Below, in pieces: positions 17,781-27,151 of a stretch of DNA of 46,978 nt (its first letter is position 1; each line of letters starts with the position of its first letter). The position numbers and the translations under genes were made by a program. Below the pieces are notes generated by a model, which made no database searches, was not told where the DNA came from, and worked only from the letters and a program-made list of their open reading frames with translations. The stretch is from Sumerlaeia bacterium (lineage in GTDB: Bacteria > Sumerlaeota > Sumerlaeia > SLMS01 > JAHLLQ01), in NCBI GenBank assembly GCA_040219255.1, contig JAVJSW010000003.1, positions 1 to 46,978 on the forward strand. Reading direction: 5' to 3'.

Positions 17781-18961
17781 AGCAACCTCAGGTTCGTCTC
17801 GCGCAGGACCCATTCGGCCAACTCGCGGCGGAAACGCGCGGGGGAAAAATCCTCGGCGTGGGCGCGGATGCGGGCCGGATCGAAAGCCAACGGGTCGCAG
17901 GTCCGCAAAAGTTCCGCCAAGGACTCCGGCGTGGGTTCATCAAAGAAAGCGCCGGTTTCACCGTCAACGACCGTTTCCGCGGCGCCGCCGGCTCGCAGTG
18001 CCATAACGGGCCGGCCGCACGCTTGCGCTTCCAGAGCCGTAATGCCGTAGTCCTCCACGTTCGGGTAAATCAGCGCGGCGCATCGGCGGTATTCCTCGCG
18101 CAGGGCGTTGTCATCCACCCAGCCCTTGAACTCCACATGGGGCCCGGCGAGGGCCCGCAACCGGTCGCGTTCGGGACCATCGCCCACCACCACCAGCCGC
18201 TTGCCCGCGAGCCCGGTGGCGGCAATGGCACGCTCGACTCTTTTGTATGGCACTAAAGCGGAGACGACAAGGTAATGTTCTTCGTGCTTTGTGCTTCGTG
18301 ATGCGTGCTGCGTGGTGGGCGAGTCCGCTGCCGGGCTTTTCGGCGTGAAGAAATCGACGTCCACGCTGGGGTAGATTACGCCGCTCATGCGGCCCCAGAA
18401 GCGCTCGACCTTGCGGGCGATGTGGGCGCTGTCGCTGACGATCGAGTCGATGCGCTGGGCCGTGCGCCGATCCCAGTCCTGGAGCCTGCGCCGCACCACG
18501 CGCAGGGCCGTATCCTGCATGAATCCGCCGCCCAGGTAGTCCTCGAAATGATCCCACACGTACCGCATCGGCGAGAACACATAGGCCAGCAGCGCCCCGT
18601 TGCGAGGCGGCGGGACGCCTTTGGCGACGCAGTGGCTGGTGGCGATGACGAGGTCGTAGTCGGCGGTGGGCAGGGCCTCGGCCATGCGGGGGAGAAGGGG
18701 CAGAAGCTTGCGATAGTGCCGGCGTGAGGACGGGAATCTCGAGGCGAAGGGGGACTCGACGACGTTCATCGCCCAAATGGCGGGGCTGATGCGATCCGGT
18801 TCGTAGAACAGCGTGTAGAGGTCGGCCCGGGGGAACAGCGCGCAGAGGTGCTCGAGCACCTTCTCGCCGCCGCGCATGCCGTTAAGCCAGTCGTGGACGA
18901 GCGCCACGCGGCGGCCGGCGAGGCGTTGCCGCAGAATTTCAAGAATCTCCAGATCACTCAT
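17777..18961 (-). CDS. Glycosyltransferase family 4
   Basis: VALVHDWL...RGGEKVL, SHCVAKG, SPMRYVWD, EDYGITALEAQACGRPV. Confidence 0.92.
   Translation of the reverse strand: MSDLEILEILRQRLAGRRVALVHDWLNGMRGGEKVLEHLCALFPRADLYTLFYEPDRISPAIWAMNVVESPFASRFPSSRRHYRKLLPLLPRMAEALPTADYDLVIATSHCVAKGVPPPRNGALLAYVFSPMRYVWDHFEDYLGGGFMQDTALRVVRRRLQDWDRRTAQRIDSIVSDSAHIARKVERFWGRMSGVIYPSVDVDFFTPKSPAADSPTTQHASRSTKHEEHYLVVSALVPYKRVERAIAATGLAGKRLVVVGDGPERDRLRALAGPHVEFKGWVDDNALREEYRRCAALIYPNVEDYGITALEAQACGRPVMALRAGGAAETVVDGETGAFFDEPTPESLAELLRTCDPLAFDPARIRAHAEDFSPARFRRELAEWVLRETNLRLL
18280..18314. repeat. Five heptamer tandem units inside the GT4 CDS
   Basis: CTTCGTG CTTTGTG CTTCGTG ATGCGTG CTGCGTG. Confidence 0.7.
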
Positions 18962-19180
18962 TCCACAAACCAAGAACCCGTGGCCAATCTGAGGTGCATG
19001 GGGCTTACGCCCGAGACCCAAGGCCCGTGGCGGTTAGCAGGACACATTCCCCCCGCCTGGCGCCACCCCTGATGGGCTCGCCGAGCGCGTCATCAGGGCA
19101 AGCCTTTCTTGTCGTTGCGTCTCCCTACGCGGTTGATGACACATGGTTGATTGCAACCGAGAATTAGCCCTCCCTTCAGG

Positions 19181-21031
19181 ATGTCCGCCTTGCCTTCCAC
19201 GCCCGCCCCTTCCGGTTTCACCCTCCTCGACATTTTAACCTTCCTCGCCTGTCTCGGCGCCATGCTGGGCGTTGGCTGGTTCTTCGGGCGGCGGGTCAAG
19301 GACTCGGCCGATCTCTTTAACGCCGGGGGCCAAAGCCCCTGGTGGGCGGCGGGTTTGAGCGGCTACATGACGATGTTCAGCGCCGGGACTTTTGTGGTCT
19401 ATGGGGGGATTGCGTATGAGCACGGCCTGGTTTCCGTGTCGATCAACGTGGCCTTTGGCATCGCCGCCATCGTGGTCGGTCTGTTCATCGCGGGACGTTG
19501 GCAGAAGCTGCGCCTGACCACCGTGTCGGAATTCGTCGAGGCCCGCTTTAGCCGGGGCACCGTTTGGTTCTACACGCTGTTCCAGGGCCTCTTCGGCACG
19601 TTCGCGCTGGGCGGGGCGCTGGCGGCGTTCTCGGCTATCCTGAGCCCGCTGATTCCGCTGGGCGAGGGCCATGCCCTCGCCAACGAAGCCGGCAATCTGA
19701 ACCCCATGCTGATCACCACGGTTCTGGCGCTGATCATTATCGTCTATACGTTTATCGGCGGGCTATGGGCGGTGCTGATGACGGACGTGTTGCAGTTCCT
19801 GATCCTGACCGCCGTGGTGGTGCTGGTGGTGCCGCTGGCGCTGATGCGGATCGGATCGGTGGGCGAGTTCATCGATCAGGCGCCCACCGATTTCTTCGCC
19901 CTCAGCGGCGGCGAGGGCTTCACTGCGGTGGCGCTGTTTCTGTGGGTCGCGCTGCACGTGTTCAAGATCGGCGGCGACTGGCCCTTTGCCCAGCGCTACA
20001 TCTGTGTGCCTTCGGCGAAGGACGCGCGTAAGGCGGCGCTGCTCTTTGGCGGACTGTTCCTGGTGACACCGATTTTGTGGATGCTGCCGCCAATGGCGTT
20101 CCGGATTCTGCAACCCGGCGAGGCCCCCCGCGAAGCCTACATCCTGGTCTGCCGCGCTGTGCTGCCGGCGGGCATGATCGGCGTTCTGATGGCCGCGATG
20201 TTCAGCGCCACGGCATCGATGTTGTCGTCGGTGCTGAACGTGTACGCGGGGGTGCTGGCGAGGGATATGTACGGCAAGGTGATCGAAAGACGGCCGGCGG
20301 CAGAAGTTCTTTCGAGCCGCCGAGGTCTTTGGGGTTTAGCCCAGAAGGCCATCTGGGGCTTGCATGGACTCTACCTAAGTCTATTTAGGCTCAATGATCG
20401 AGAGAAAGAACTCGTCACCACCGGCCGCATCCTCACCATCGTCCTCGGCCTGCTGCTCCTGGCGGGCGGCATCGTCACCGAGCGCGTCGGGATTCTGAAG
20501 TTCATCCTGACGGTGGTCAGTCTGGTGACGGCGCCGCTGACGGTGCCGATCGTTTGGGGGCTGCTGTCGCGGCGTATCCCGGCGTGGAGCGTTTACGCCT
20601 GCGCGGCGGCCAACCTGCTGGTGAGCGGTTGGCTCCTGATCGGCCAAGTCGAGTTGAGCCAATTGATGAAGCTGGTGATTGGGCTGGGATTGCCGGTGGC
20701 GATCCTGGGGATTCTGGAAGTGACCTACGCCAGGAAGACCAGCACCGGCTGGACCCGGCTGGCTCAGCGTCAGGCCGAAGTGGACGAACGCGCCGCCGCC
20801 GAGGCGCAAGCCGCCGCTCAAGAAGACACCCCCGCCGTTTCGATCAACCGGCTGCCCGCGCGGGTTCTGACATGGACCTGCGGTTTGCTGGCGGTGATCG
20901 TGGCGGGGGTGGGGTTGGTCCATGGCGAGAAGGTCGGCGTGTCGCTGGCTTTCGCCGCCATGATGGCGTTGATCGCGGGGGGAGCCTGGCTGCTCACTTT
21001 CCGGGCTCCCGGGGCCGCGGCCAACGGCTAA
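19181..21031 (+). CDS. Sodium:solute symporter (SSS) family transporter
   Basis: PWWAAGLS.YMTMFSAGTFV, YTFIGGLWAVLMTDVLQF, QRY, AAMFSATAS and many TMs. Confidence 0.9.
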   Translation: MSALPSTPAPSGFTLLDILTFLACLGAMLGVGWFFGRRVKDSADLFNAGGQSPWWAAGLSGYMTMFSAGTFVVYGGIAYEHGLVSVSINVAFGIAAIVVGLFIAGRWQKLRLTTVSEFVEARFSRGTVWFYTLFQGLFGTFALGGALAAFSAILSPLIPLGEGHALANEAGNLNPMLITTVLALIIIVYTFIGGLWAVLMTDVLQFLILTAVVVLVVPLALMRIGSVGEFIDQAPTDFFALSGGEGFTAVALFLWVALHVFKIGGDWPFAQRYICVPSAKDARKAALLFGGLFLVTPILWMLPPMAFRILQPGEAPREAYILVCRAVLPAGMIGVLMAAMFSATASMLSSVLNVYAGVLARDMYGKVIERRPAAEVLSSRRGLWGLAQKAIWGLHGLYLSLFRLNDREKELVTTGRILTIVLGLLLLAGGIVTERVGILKFILTVVSLVTAPLTVPIVWGLLSRRIPAWSVYACAAANLLVSGWLLIGQVELSQLMKLVIGLGLPVAILGILEVTYARKTSTGWTRLAQRQAEVDERAAAEAQAAAQEDTPAVSINRLPARVLTWTCGLLAVIVAGVGLVHGEKVGVSLAFAAMMALIAGGAWLLTFRAPGAAANG

Positions 21032-21040
21032 CCTATTGCG

Positions 21041-21238
21041 TTACAGCGAACCGTAGGCGTCGTCCACCATCCGGTGGGCTTCCTCTCGGGTCTTGCCGTA
21101 GCGTTCCTGCACCAGCCCCGCCAGCTCTTCGCGGCGGCCGCCGGTGCGTTCGATTTCGTCGTCGGACAGTTTCCCGAACTTCTGGCGCACCTGGCCTTTG
21201 ACCTGATGCCATTTGCCCATCACTTGATCGTTATTCAT
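21041..21238 (-). CDS. CsbD family stress protein
   Basis: MNNDQVMGKWHQVKGQVRQKFGKLSDDE...G.REELAGLVQERYGKTREEA. Confidence 0.92.
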   Translation of the reverse strand: MNNDQVMGKWHQVKGQVRQKFGKLSDDEIERTGGRREELAGLVQERYGKTREEAHRMVDDAYGSL

Positions 21239-21429
21239 GATGTGTACCTCTGGTAAGAATTTCTTGCCCAGGCTAACTTTTAGAAAGTCCGTGGAAACCG
21301 GGGGATCAGGGGTTGCCCTTGGCCGGGTCCTCACCGCATCATCGGTTCATGATGCGTGATTCCCGAAATATCCCCCCACGGTGTTCCGGACCTTTCCTGG
21401 CCCGGGCACAGAGAAGAATAGCGTCCGGC

Positions 21430-22914
21430 GTGCCTGACGGTCTAAATTCAGTGGCGATAGGCTTCTGTGTGCTCGTTCTGGCGGCCACGGCTTTGCTCGC
21501 CGCGCCGAATCGGGCCCATGCCCAGGACGAACCTTCGGCATCCCTGGGCGCCAGCCAGTCCGGCGAATTCGCCATCGCCCTCACCGGTAAGTACCCGCCC
21601 TTTTCTTACTACGACAGCCAAGGCCAACTGACGGGCTTCGACGTGGATACGTCGCAGGAGGTGGCCGACCGCCTGGGCCGCGATCTGAAGATCGTTCCGA
21701 CGGAGTGGGCGGGAATCCTGGCGGGGCTACTGGCGGGGCGCTACGACGCGATTATTGGCTCGATGGGCATCACGCCCGCGCGCCAGGAAAAGGTCGATTT
21801 CAGCGACCCCTACTACATCAGCGGCGCCCAGCTCTTCATCGCCAAAGACGAAGCAGGCCAGATCACGTCGATCGAAGACCTGACCGATGGCGGCCGCGTC
21901 GGCGTCACCATCGGCTCGACCTATGAGCAATACCTGACGGAAAATTATCCCACCATCGAAGTCATCGCCCGCGACGGCGAACCGGCCATTTTCCAGGACA
22001 TGGACAACGACCGCATCGATGCCTTCGTGACGGACAAACTGGTCGGCATGTATCGCATCAAAGCCGCCGGGATGCCCTATGTGCCTGCCGGGCCGCTGCT
22101 CTACGACGAAGAGGTCGGCATCCCGATCCAAAAAGGCCAGCCCGAGCTGCTCGCCGCGATCAACGCGGCGCTGGCGGACATGCGCGCCGACGGGACCTTC
22201 GACGAGCTGCACGCGAAATACTTCGGTGCGGAACCGGGCACCGGCGCCGGGACCCAGAAAATCGGCGCCCCCCGCGCGGCGGAAATGCTGCTCAAGGGCT
22301 TCCTGCTGACTCTTGCCATCGCTGGGCTTAGCCTCGGGCTCGGCTTCCTGATTTCCATACCGCTCGGATTGGTCCTGTTCAAGGGCCACGGCCCTCTTTT
22401 TTTCGTCGTGCGTGGCGCGGTGGACTTCCTGCGCGGCACGCCGGCGCTGGTCCAGTTGTTCTTCGTTTACGCGGGCGCGCCGCAGATCGGCCTGACGCTC
22501 CCCGCCTGGATGTGCGCCGTCATCGCCCTGACCGCCAACGCCGCCGCGTACATGGCCGAGGTCGTCCGTGCGGGCTTGATGGCGGTGCCTGCGGGCCAGG
22601 GCGATGCGGGGCGGGCGCTCGGCCTGACGCGGGTCCAAACCTTTCGTTTCGTCGTCTGGCCTCAGGCCTTCCGCGTGGCCGTGCCGCCGCTGATGAACAG
22701 CACCGTGGCGCTGCTCAAGGACACCACGCTCATCGCCTTCATCGGCGTGGCCGAGGTCTTCTACCGCGCCCAGTCCATCATCAGCGTCAACTACGACCCG
22801 ATGCTGTACTACTTCATCGTCGGCGTGCTCTTCTTCCTGGTCACGTTCCCGCTGATGAAGGCCGCCGAACGCTACGAACGCCGCATCAAAGCGAAGGGAT
22901 TCACCAATGCTTGA
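21430..22914 (+). CDS. Polar amino-acid ABC transporter, fused substrate-binding protein and permease (start uncertain, 21313-21451)
   Basis: YPPFSY..GFDVD, VDFSDPYY, then RGTPAL, AYMAEVVRAG, PQAFR..PPLMN..LKDT. Confidence 0.9.
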   Translation: MPDGLNSVAIGFCVLVLAATALLAAPNRAHAQDEPSASLGASQSGEFAIALTGKYPPFSYYDSQGQLTGFDVDTSQEVADRLGRDLKIVPTEWAGILAGLLAGRYDAIIGSMGITPARQEKVDFSDPYYISGAQLFIAKDEAGQITSIEDLTDGGRVGVTIGSTYEQYLTENYPTIEVIARDGEPAIFQDMDNDRIDAFVTDKLVGMYRIKAAGMPYVPAGPLLYDEEVGIPIQKGQPELLAAINAALADMRADGTFDELHAKYFGAEPGTGAGTQKIGAPRAAEMLLKGFLLTLAIAGLSLGLGFLISIPLGLVLFKGHGPLFFVVRGAVDFLRGTPALVQLFFVYAGAPQIGLTLPAWMCAVIALTANAAAYMAEVVRAGLMAVPAGQGDAGRALGLTRVQTFRFVVWPQAFRVAVPPLMNSTVALLKDTTLIAFIGVAEVFYRAQSIISVNYDPMLYYFIVGVLFFLVTFPLMKAAERYERRIKAKGFTNA

Positions 22915-23590
22915 GGTCCGAGATCTGAAATACCTGTATCCGGGATCGGAGGAAGGCGTCAAAGGCGTCTCCTTTTCAGTCCCGCGGGAACGTGTGTTCG
23001 CCATTCTGGGCCGCAGCGGCTCGGGCAAGACCACGCTGCTGCGGTGCCTCGGGCGTTTCCTGCGGCCCCAGAGCGGCGCCATGCTGCTCGACGACCGCGA
23101 TCTCTCCGCCATGCCGGAAGCCGAATTCCGGCGCTCCCTCGGCATCGTCTTCCAGCAGTTCCACCTCTTCCCGCACCTGACCGTCCGCGAGAACGCGACC
23201 CTCGCCCCCGTCCAGGCCCACGGCCGCTCGGCCTCCGAAGCCCGCGCCGACGCCGGCGCCCTCTTCGAGCGCTTTGGCATCACCCCCCTGGCGGACAAGT
23301 ACCCCAACGAAATCAGCGGCGGCCAGGCCCAGCGCGCCGCCATTTGCCGCGCCCTCATGCTCAAGCCCCAGTACATCCTGCTGGACGAACCGACCAGCGC
23401 CCTGGACGCCGAAACGACCCGCGAATTCGGCGAGTTCCTGATGACCCTGAAAGAAGAAACCACCTTCATCGTCGTCACCCACGACGTCGCCTTCGTCGAA
23501 GGCGTCGCCGCCCACGGCGTATTGATGGAGGGCGGCGTCATCAAGGAAACGGGCGACGTGGGTGCGCTGGTGGGGGCGCTGACGGGGTAG
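22907..23590 (+). CDS. Amino-acid ABC transporter ATP-binding protein
   Basis: GRSGSGKTT, VFQQFHLFPHL, ISGGQAQR, LLDEPTSALD, VTH. Confidence 0.93.
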   Translation: MLEVRDLKYLYPGSEEGVKGVSFSVPRERVFAILGRSGSGKTTLLRCLGRFLRPQSGAMLLDDRDLSAMPEAEFRRSLGIVFQQFHLFPHLTVRENATLAPVQAHGRSASEARADAGALFERFGITPLADKYPNEISGGQAQRAAICRALMLKPQYILLDEPTSALDAETTREFGEFLMTLKEETTFIVVTHDVAFVEGVAAHGVLMEGGVIKETGDVGALVGALTG

Positions 23591-23700
23591 GCTCGGGGGA
23601 AGAGAAGGGCACAGTGTACTCCTTATAAGTATGAGTGTGGATTTTCTTCCTTGACAAGTGGCCGCTTCGGCGTTCCCTTGTCACCCGAGGAGGAAAATTC

Positions 23701-25386
23701 ATGCTTAAACCTTGTTTTGTATCAACCGTTCTGGCAGCCTTTCTTTCCACGGCTGCCACTGTCTTCGCGGCCGCTCCTCAATTCGAAGTTGTCCGTCCAG
23801 TCATCGCGGGCGGTTTCCCGTTGAATGCTTCCCCCTCCTTCAGCGAATTCCACGATTTCGACCGGAATGGACTGCTCGATTTCTTCGTTACCCAATATGT
23901 GGAAAACGAGCGAGTGGATTCCATCCTGCTGAACAAGAGCACTGGTGATGGACGCTTCGTCTTCGACGCGCTTCGCTTACCGGAAGGCCTCCAAGCGAGC
24001 CGTATCTTCGACAAGACGGACAGCAGTATCGAGGCCTTCGAGTACGATTTCATCGCGCTGACGCCCGGTGGCCAATTTTTCAGCTTTCAGGTGCTTCATG
24101 CCACCGGAGAGTTCTTGGTTTCGGGCCCGTTTTCCTACGATTTTCCGGGGCATTTCGTGCATATCTCCGACTACGACCGCGACGGCTTGCTGGAGATCGC
24201 CAGTTTTGAGAGAGAGGCGGTCAACAATGACCTGAACGAGTACATCAATTATGTGACCGAATACGGCTCGGCGGGAGACAGTTCGACCCACGCACGCAGA
24301 AGCTATGGTGTCCGATTCCCCCTCGAGATGAAAGACTGGGACGGCGATGGTCGAAAGGAAGTCTCGTTTCGCGAGGGGACCACCACCGGACTGATTGAAG
24401 CCGAAGTGGATAACTTCTGGACGCGGACCGCAGAGTTCATCGCACCAATCCCGATCGATCGGCCCGCCGGGGATTTCGATGGCGATGGTCTCACCGATTT
24501 CTTGACTACTACGCGTGCTGAACCGGGTTTTGGGCCATATAGTGCCATCCTGGTTGTGGCGAACCGCTTTCCCCACGCTCACTCCGTGGCGTACACCATG
24601 GCCACGTATTATTCCGTGGGGGTTCTCGATTTCGGTGCCAGCGACTTCGATTTCGACGGCGACCTGGACATCCTTGTCAGTTCTTATGGCGATGCGAAGA
24701 TCGCGGTTCTTGAACAGACAGGCGACGCAAGGCCCGGCCACGTTGGTCGTTTTGTGGAGCGATCCCTCGTACCACAGTTAGGCCCGACCAGCATTAATGA
24801 TTTTCACATCGCCGACTGGGACGGGGATGGAATCGAGGATGTCTACCTTTATGGCACGCTTGGCAACGTCTTCGAGAGCGGGCGCAACCCCGAGATTTCG
24901 TTCCTCCGCAGAACCGACATCACCACCCCTCCTGCTACGCCCACGCCGCCCAATCCGTTGCCTTGGCAGGACTTATCCGCGGCTTCCTGGACGGCGATGG
25001 CACCCATTCCGGGCTCGGAGGCTGGAATGGAGGACCCCGCCGGGACTCTTGCCATCGCCCGCGGCGGCGGCGGCTTCCGCTATGGCAGTTGGGAAATGGG
25101 CGAGTTCCTGCCCGCCCCGCCCGCCGGCCAAATTACCGTCACCGGCCGCCTCCGTCTGCAAGAAGTCCCGGGCGCCGAGCCCCCGGAAGTCCGCCTGCGC
25201 ATCGTCCATCCGGCGGGCGCCGAATCCGAGAGCCAAGTCATCTCCGGCCAATGGTCTGGCGAACGCACCTTCCGCTTCACCTGGTTCAGCGACGGCGCCC
25301 GCCCGTGGCGCCTGGCTTTTGACGCCTGGTTCGTCCGGCCAGATCAGAACGTGCGGGTGGAGTTGGTATCGCTTGGAGTGGAGTAG
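23701..25386 (+). CDS. Secreted FG-GAP/VCBS repeat protein with Pro/Thr linker and C-terminal beta-rich domain
   Basis: GAGGAGG RBS and signal peptide. DFDRNGLLD, DYDRDGLLE, DWDGDGRKE, DFDGDGLTD, DFDFDGDLD, DWDGDGIED repeats; TTPPATPTPP linker. Confidence 0.82.
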   Translation: MLKPCFVSTVLAAFLSTAATVFAAAPQFEVVRPVIAGGFPLNASPSFSEFHDFDRNGLLDFFVTQYVENERVDSILLNKSTGDGRFVFDALRLPEGLQASRIFDKTDSSIEAFEYDFIALTPGGQFFSFQVLHATGEFLVSGPFSYDFPGHFVHISDYDRDGLLEIASFEREAVNNDLNEYINYVTEYGSAGDSSTHARRSYGVRFPLEMKDWDGDGRKEVSFREGTTTGLIEAEVDNFWTRTAEFIAPIPIDRPAGDFDGDGLTDFLTTTRAEPGFGPYSAILVVANRFPHAHSVAYTMATYYSVGVLDFGASDFDFDGDLDILVSSYGDAKIAVLEQTGDARPGHVGRFVERSLVPQLGPTSINDFHIADWDGDGIEDVYLYGTLGNVFESGRNPEISFLRRTDITTPPATPTPPNPLPWQDLSAASWTAMAPIPGSEAGMEDPAGTLAIARGGGGFRYGSWEMGEFLPAPPAGQITVTGRLRLQEVPGAEPPEVRLRIVHPAGAESESQVISGQWSGERTFRFTWFSDGARPWRLAFDAWFVRPDQNVRVELVSLGVE

Positions 25387-25467
25387 GGGAGTGCAGGCTT
25401 GGGCTTGCATTCCGGCGCAGCAACGGTGACCTTCGCACTCTCCAAAGCCCTTGTAAGGTGCAATGCC

Positions 25468-25749
25468 ATGAATATCAGCCGCGACATCCAGCCGATGAGC
25501 AATTTCAAGCGTCAGCCGCAGAAGCTTCTCCAACAGCTCCGCGACACCGGCGAGCCGGTGATTCTGACAAGCCGGGGAGAACCCGCGGCGGTGCTGCTGG
25601 ACGTCGCTTCGTACCAGGAACTGGTCGATTTGCGTGATCGTGTTCAAGCGATGATCGGCGTCCGCGAGGGCCTTGATGACATGAAGGCCGGCCGTAGCCA
25701 GTCGCTTGAGGAGACGTTCCGGGATATTGTCGATGAGCTACGCGATTGA
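25468..25749 (+). CDS. Phd/YefM family antitoxin
   Basis: MNISRDIQPMSNFKR...GEPVILTSRGEPAAVL...GLDDMKAGR. Confidence 0.9.
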   Translation: MNISRDIQPMSNFKRQPQKLLQQLRDTGEPVILTSRGEPAAVLLDVASYQELVDLRDRVQAMIGVREGLDDMKAGRSQSLEETFRDIVDELRD

Positions 25750-26065
25750 AGTTTCGCATCGGGCTCGCAGCGATATTCGGCGCGAGACATTTCTGAGGGC
25801 CGGTCTGACAACCACTGACAATGCTCTCATGTGGGTGGAAAGCCTAAAGGAGAATATTGCCCTCCTCTCTGAAATGCCGAGGCTAGGGACGCAAGCCTTG
25901 GAATCAGACGCTTTCGACTTTGAACTTCGCCAGCTTGTTCATGGCCGGGGTCGGGATCAGGTTCGCATTCTGTACACCGTCGATGATGAAGCGCGCGTTG
26001 TTGCTGTTCTTCACGTGCGGCGGTCAAGAAGGCAACCTTGGGATGGCTCTGAATTCCCAAACTAG
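25733..26065 (+). CDS. RelE/ParE family toxin
   Basis: Y.IEVS..ARSDI, L.EMPRLG, LRQLVHG..RILYTVD...V.VLHVR. Overlaps the antitoxin. Confidence 0.85.
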   Translation: MSYAIEVSHRARSDIRRETFLRAGLTTTDNALMWVESLKENIALLSEMPRLGTQALESDAFDFELRQLVHGRGRDQVRILYTVDDEARVVAVLHVRRSRRQPWDGSEFPN

Positions 26066-26153
26066 AGCTTGGCGGACTCGATACTCTTCCTTGCCCGCTT
26101 TTCGCTTCTGCCCCTGAGTAACCGAAACTCGCTCAGGAATCGCTGACATCCTC

Positions 26154-27119
26154 ATGAAAATCGCCTTCTTTGGAACCCCGGAATTCGCTGTGCCGGCTTT
26201 GAAATGGCTCCTGCAATCGGATCACGAGGTGCTTTGCGCCGTGACCCAGCCGGACAAACCGGCGGGGCGGGGGCAGAAATTGACGCCGCCGCCGGTCAAG
26301 GTCCTGGCCGAGGAAGCCGGCATCCCGGTGCTCCAGCCCAAGACCCTGCGCGACGGCCACATGGCCGAGAAGCTGCGCTTCCTCGCTCCCGATGTCGCCG
26401 TCATCGTGGCCTATGGCAAGCTCGTGCCGCCGGAGATGCTCTCCATTCCCAAGTTCGGGTTCCTGAACATCCACGCCTCGCTGCTGCCGAAATACCGGGG
26501 CGCGGCGCCGATCCAGTGGGCCATCGCCCGCGGCGAGCGCAAGACCGGCGTGACCATCATGCAACTCGACGAGGGCATGGACACCGGGCCGATGATCGCC
26601 CGGCGCGAGGTGGAAATCCTGGAGGACGACGACGCCCGAAGTCTTTCCGCCACGCTCTCGCACGAGGGCGCTCTTCTGATGGTCGAAACGCTTGCGGAAC
26701 TGGCCGAAACCGGCTCCCTGTCCGCCGAGCCCCAAGACGAGGCGGAGGCGACCTACGCGCCCCTGATCGAGCGCAAGGACGCCCGCATCGAATGGAATTG
26801 GCCGGCGGAAAAACTGATCTATCTCGTGCGCGGGTTCGCGGTGTGGCCCGGCGCCTACACACACGACGCCAGCGACAAAACGATCAAGCTGACCGGCGTC
26901 GAGCCTTGCGACACCTCCTGGGTTCAGCCCTCCTGGAAATCGGACGATGTGGAGACGGGCACCGTGGTGGATGTCCTCAAAGGCCACGGCCTTGTCATCA
27001 AGTGCGGCGAGGAGTCGCTCCTCCTCGTGACACGGCTCAAGCCCCAAGGTAGTCGCGAGATGGAAGCCACCTCCTACTTCAATGGCGGTGGCGTCGCGGT
27101 CGGGGACCGGTTCCGGTAA
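26154..27119 (+). CDS. fmt: Methionyl-tRNA formyltransferase
   Basis: FFGTPEFA, VTQPDKPAGRG, VAYG, NIHASLLPKYRGAAPIQWAI, LDEGMDTG. Confidence 0.96.
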   Translation: MKIAFFGTPEFAVPALKWLLQSDHEVLCAVTQPDKPAGRGQKLTPPPVKVLAEEAGIPVLQPKTLRDGHMAEKLRFLAPDVAVIVAYGKLVPPEMLSIPKFGFLNIHASLLPKYRGAAPIQWAIARGERKTGVTIMQLDEGMDTGPMIARREVEILEDDDARSLSATLSHEGALLMVETLAELAETGSLSAEPQDEAEATYAPLIERKDARIEWNWPAEKLIYLVRGFAVWPGAYTHDASDKTIKLTGVEPCDTSWVQPSWKSDDVETGTVVDVLKGHGLVIKCGEESLLLVTRLKPQGSREMEATSYFNGGGVAVGDRFR

Positions 27120-27151
27120 GTCCCTCGCTGTCCCATCTCTGAGGTGAGCGC

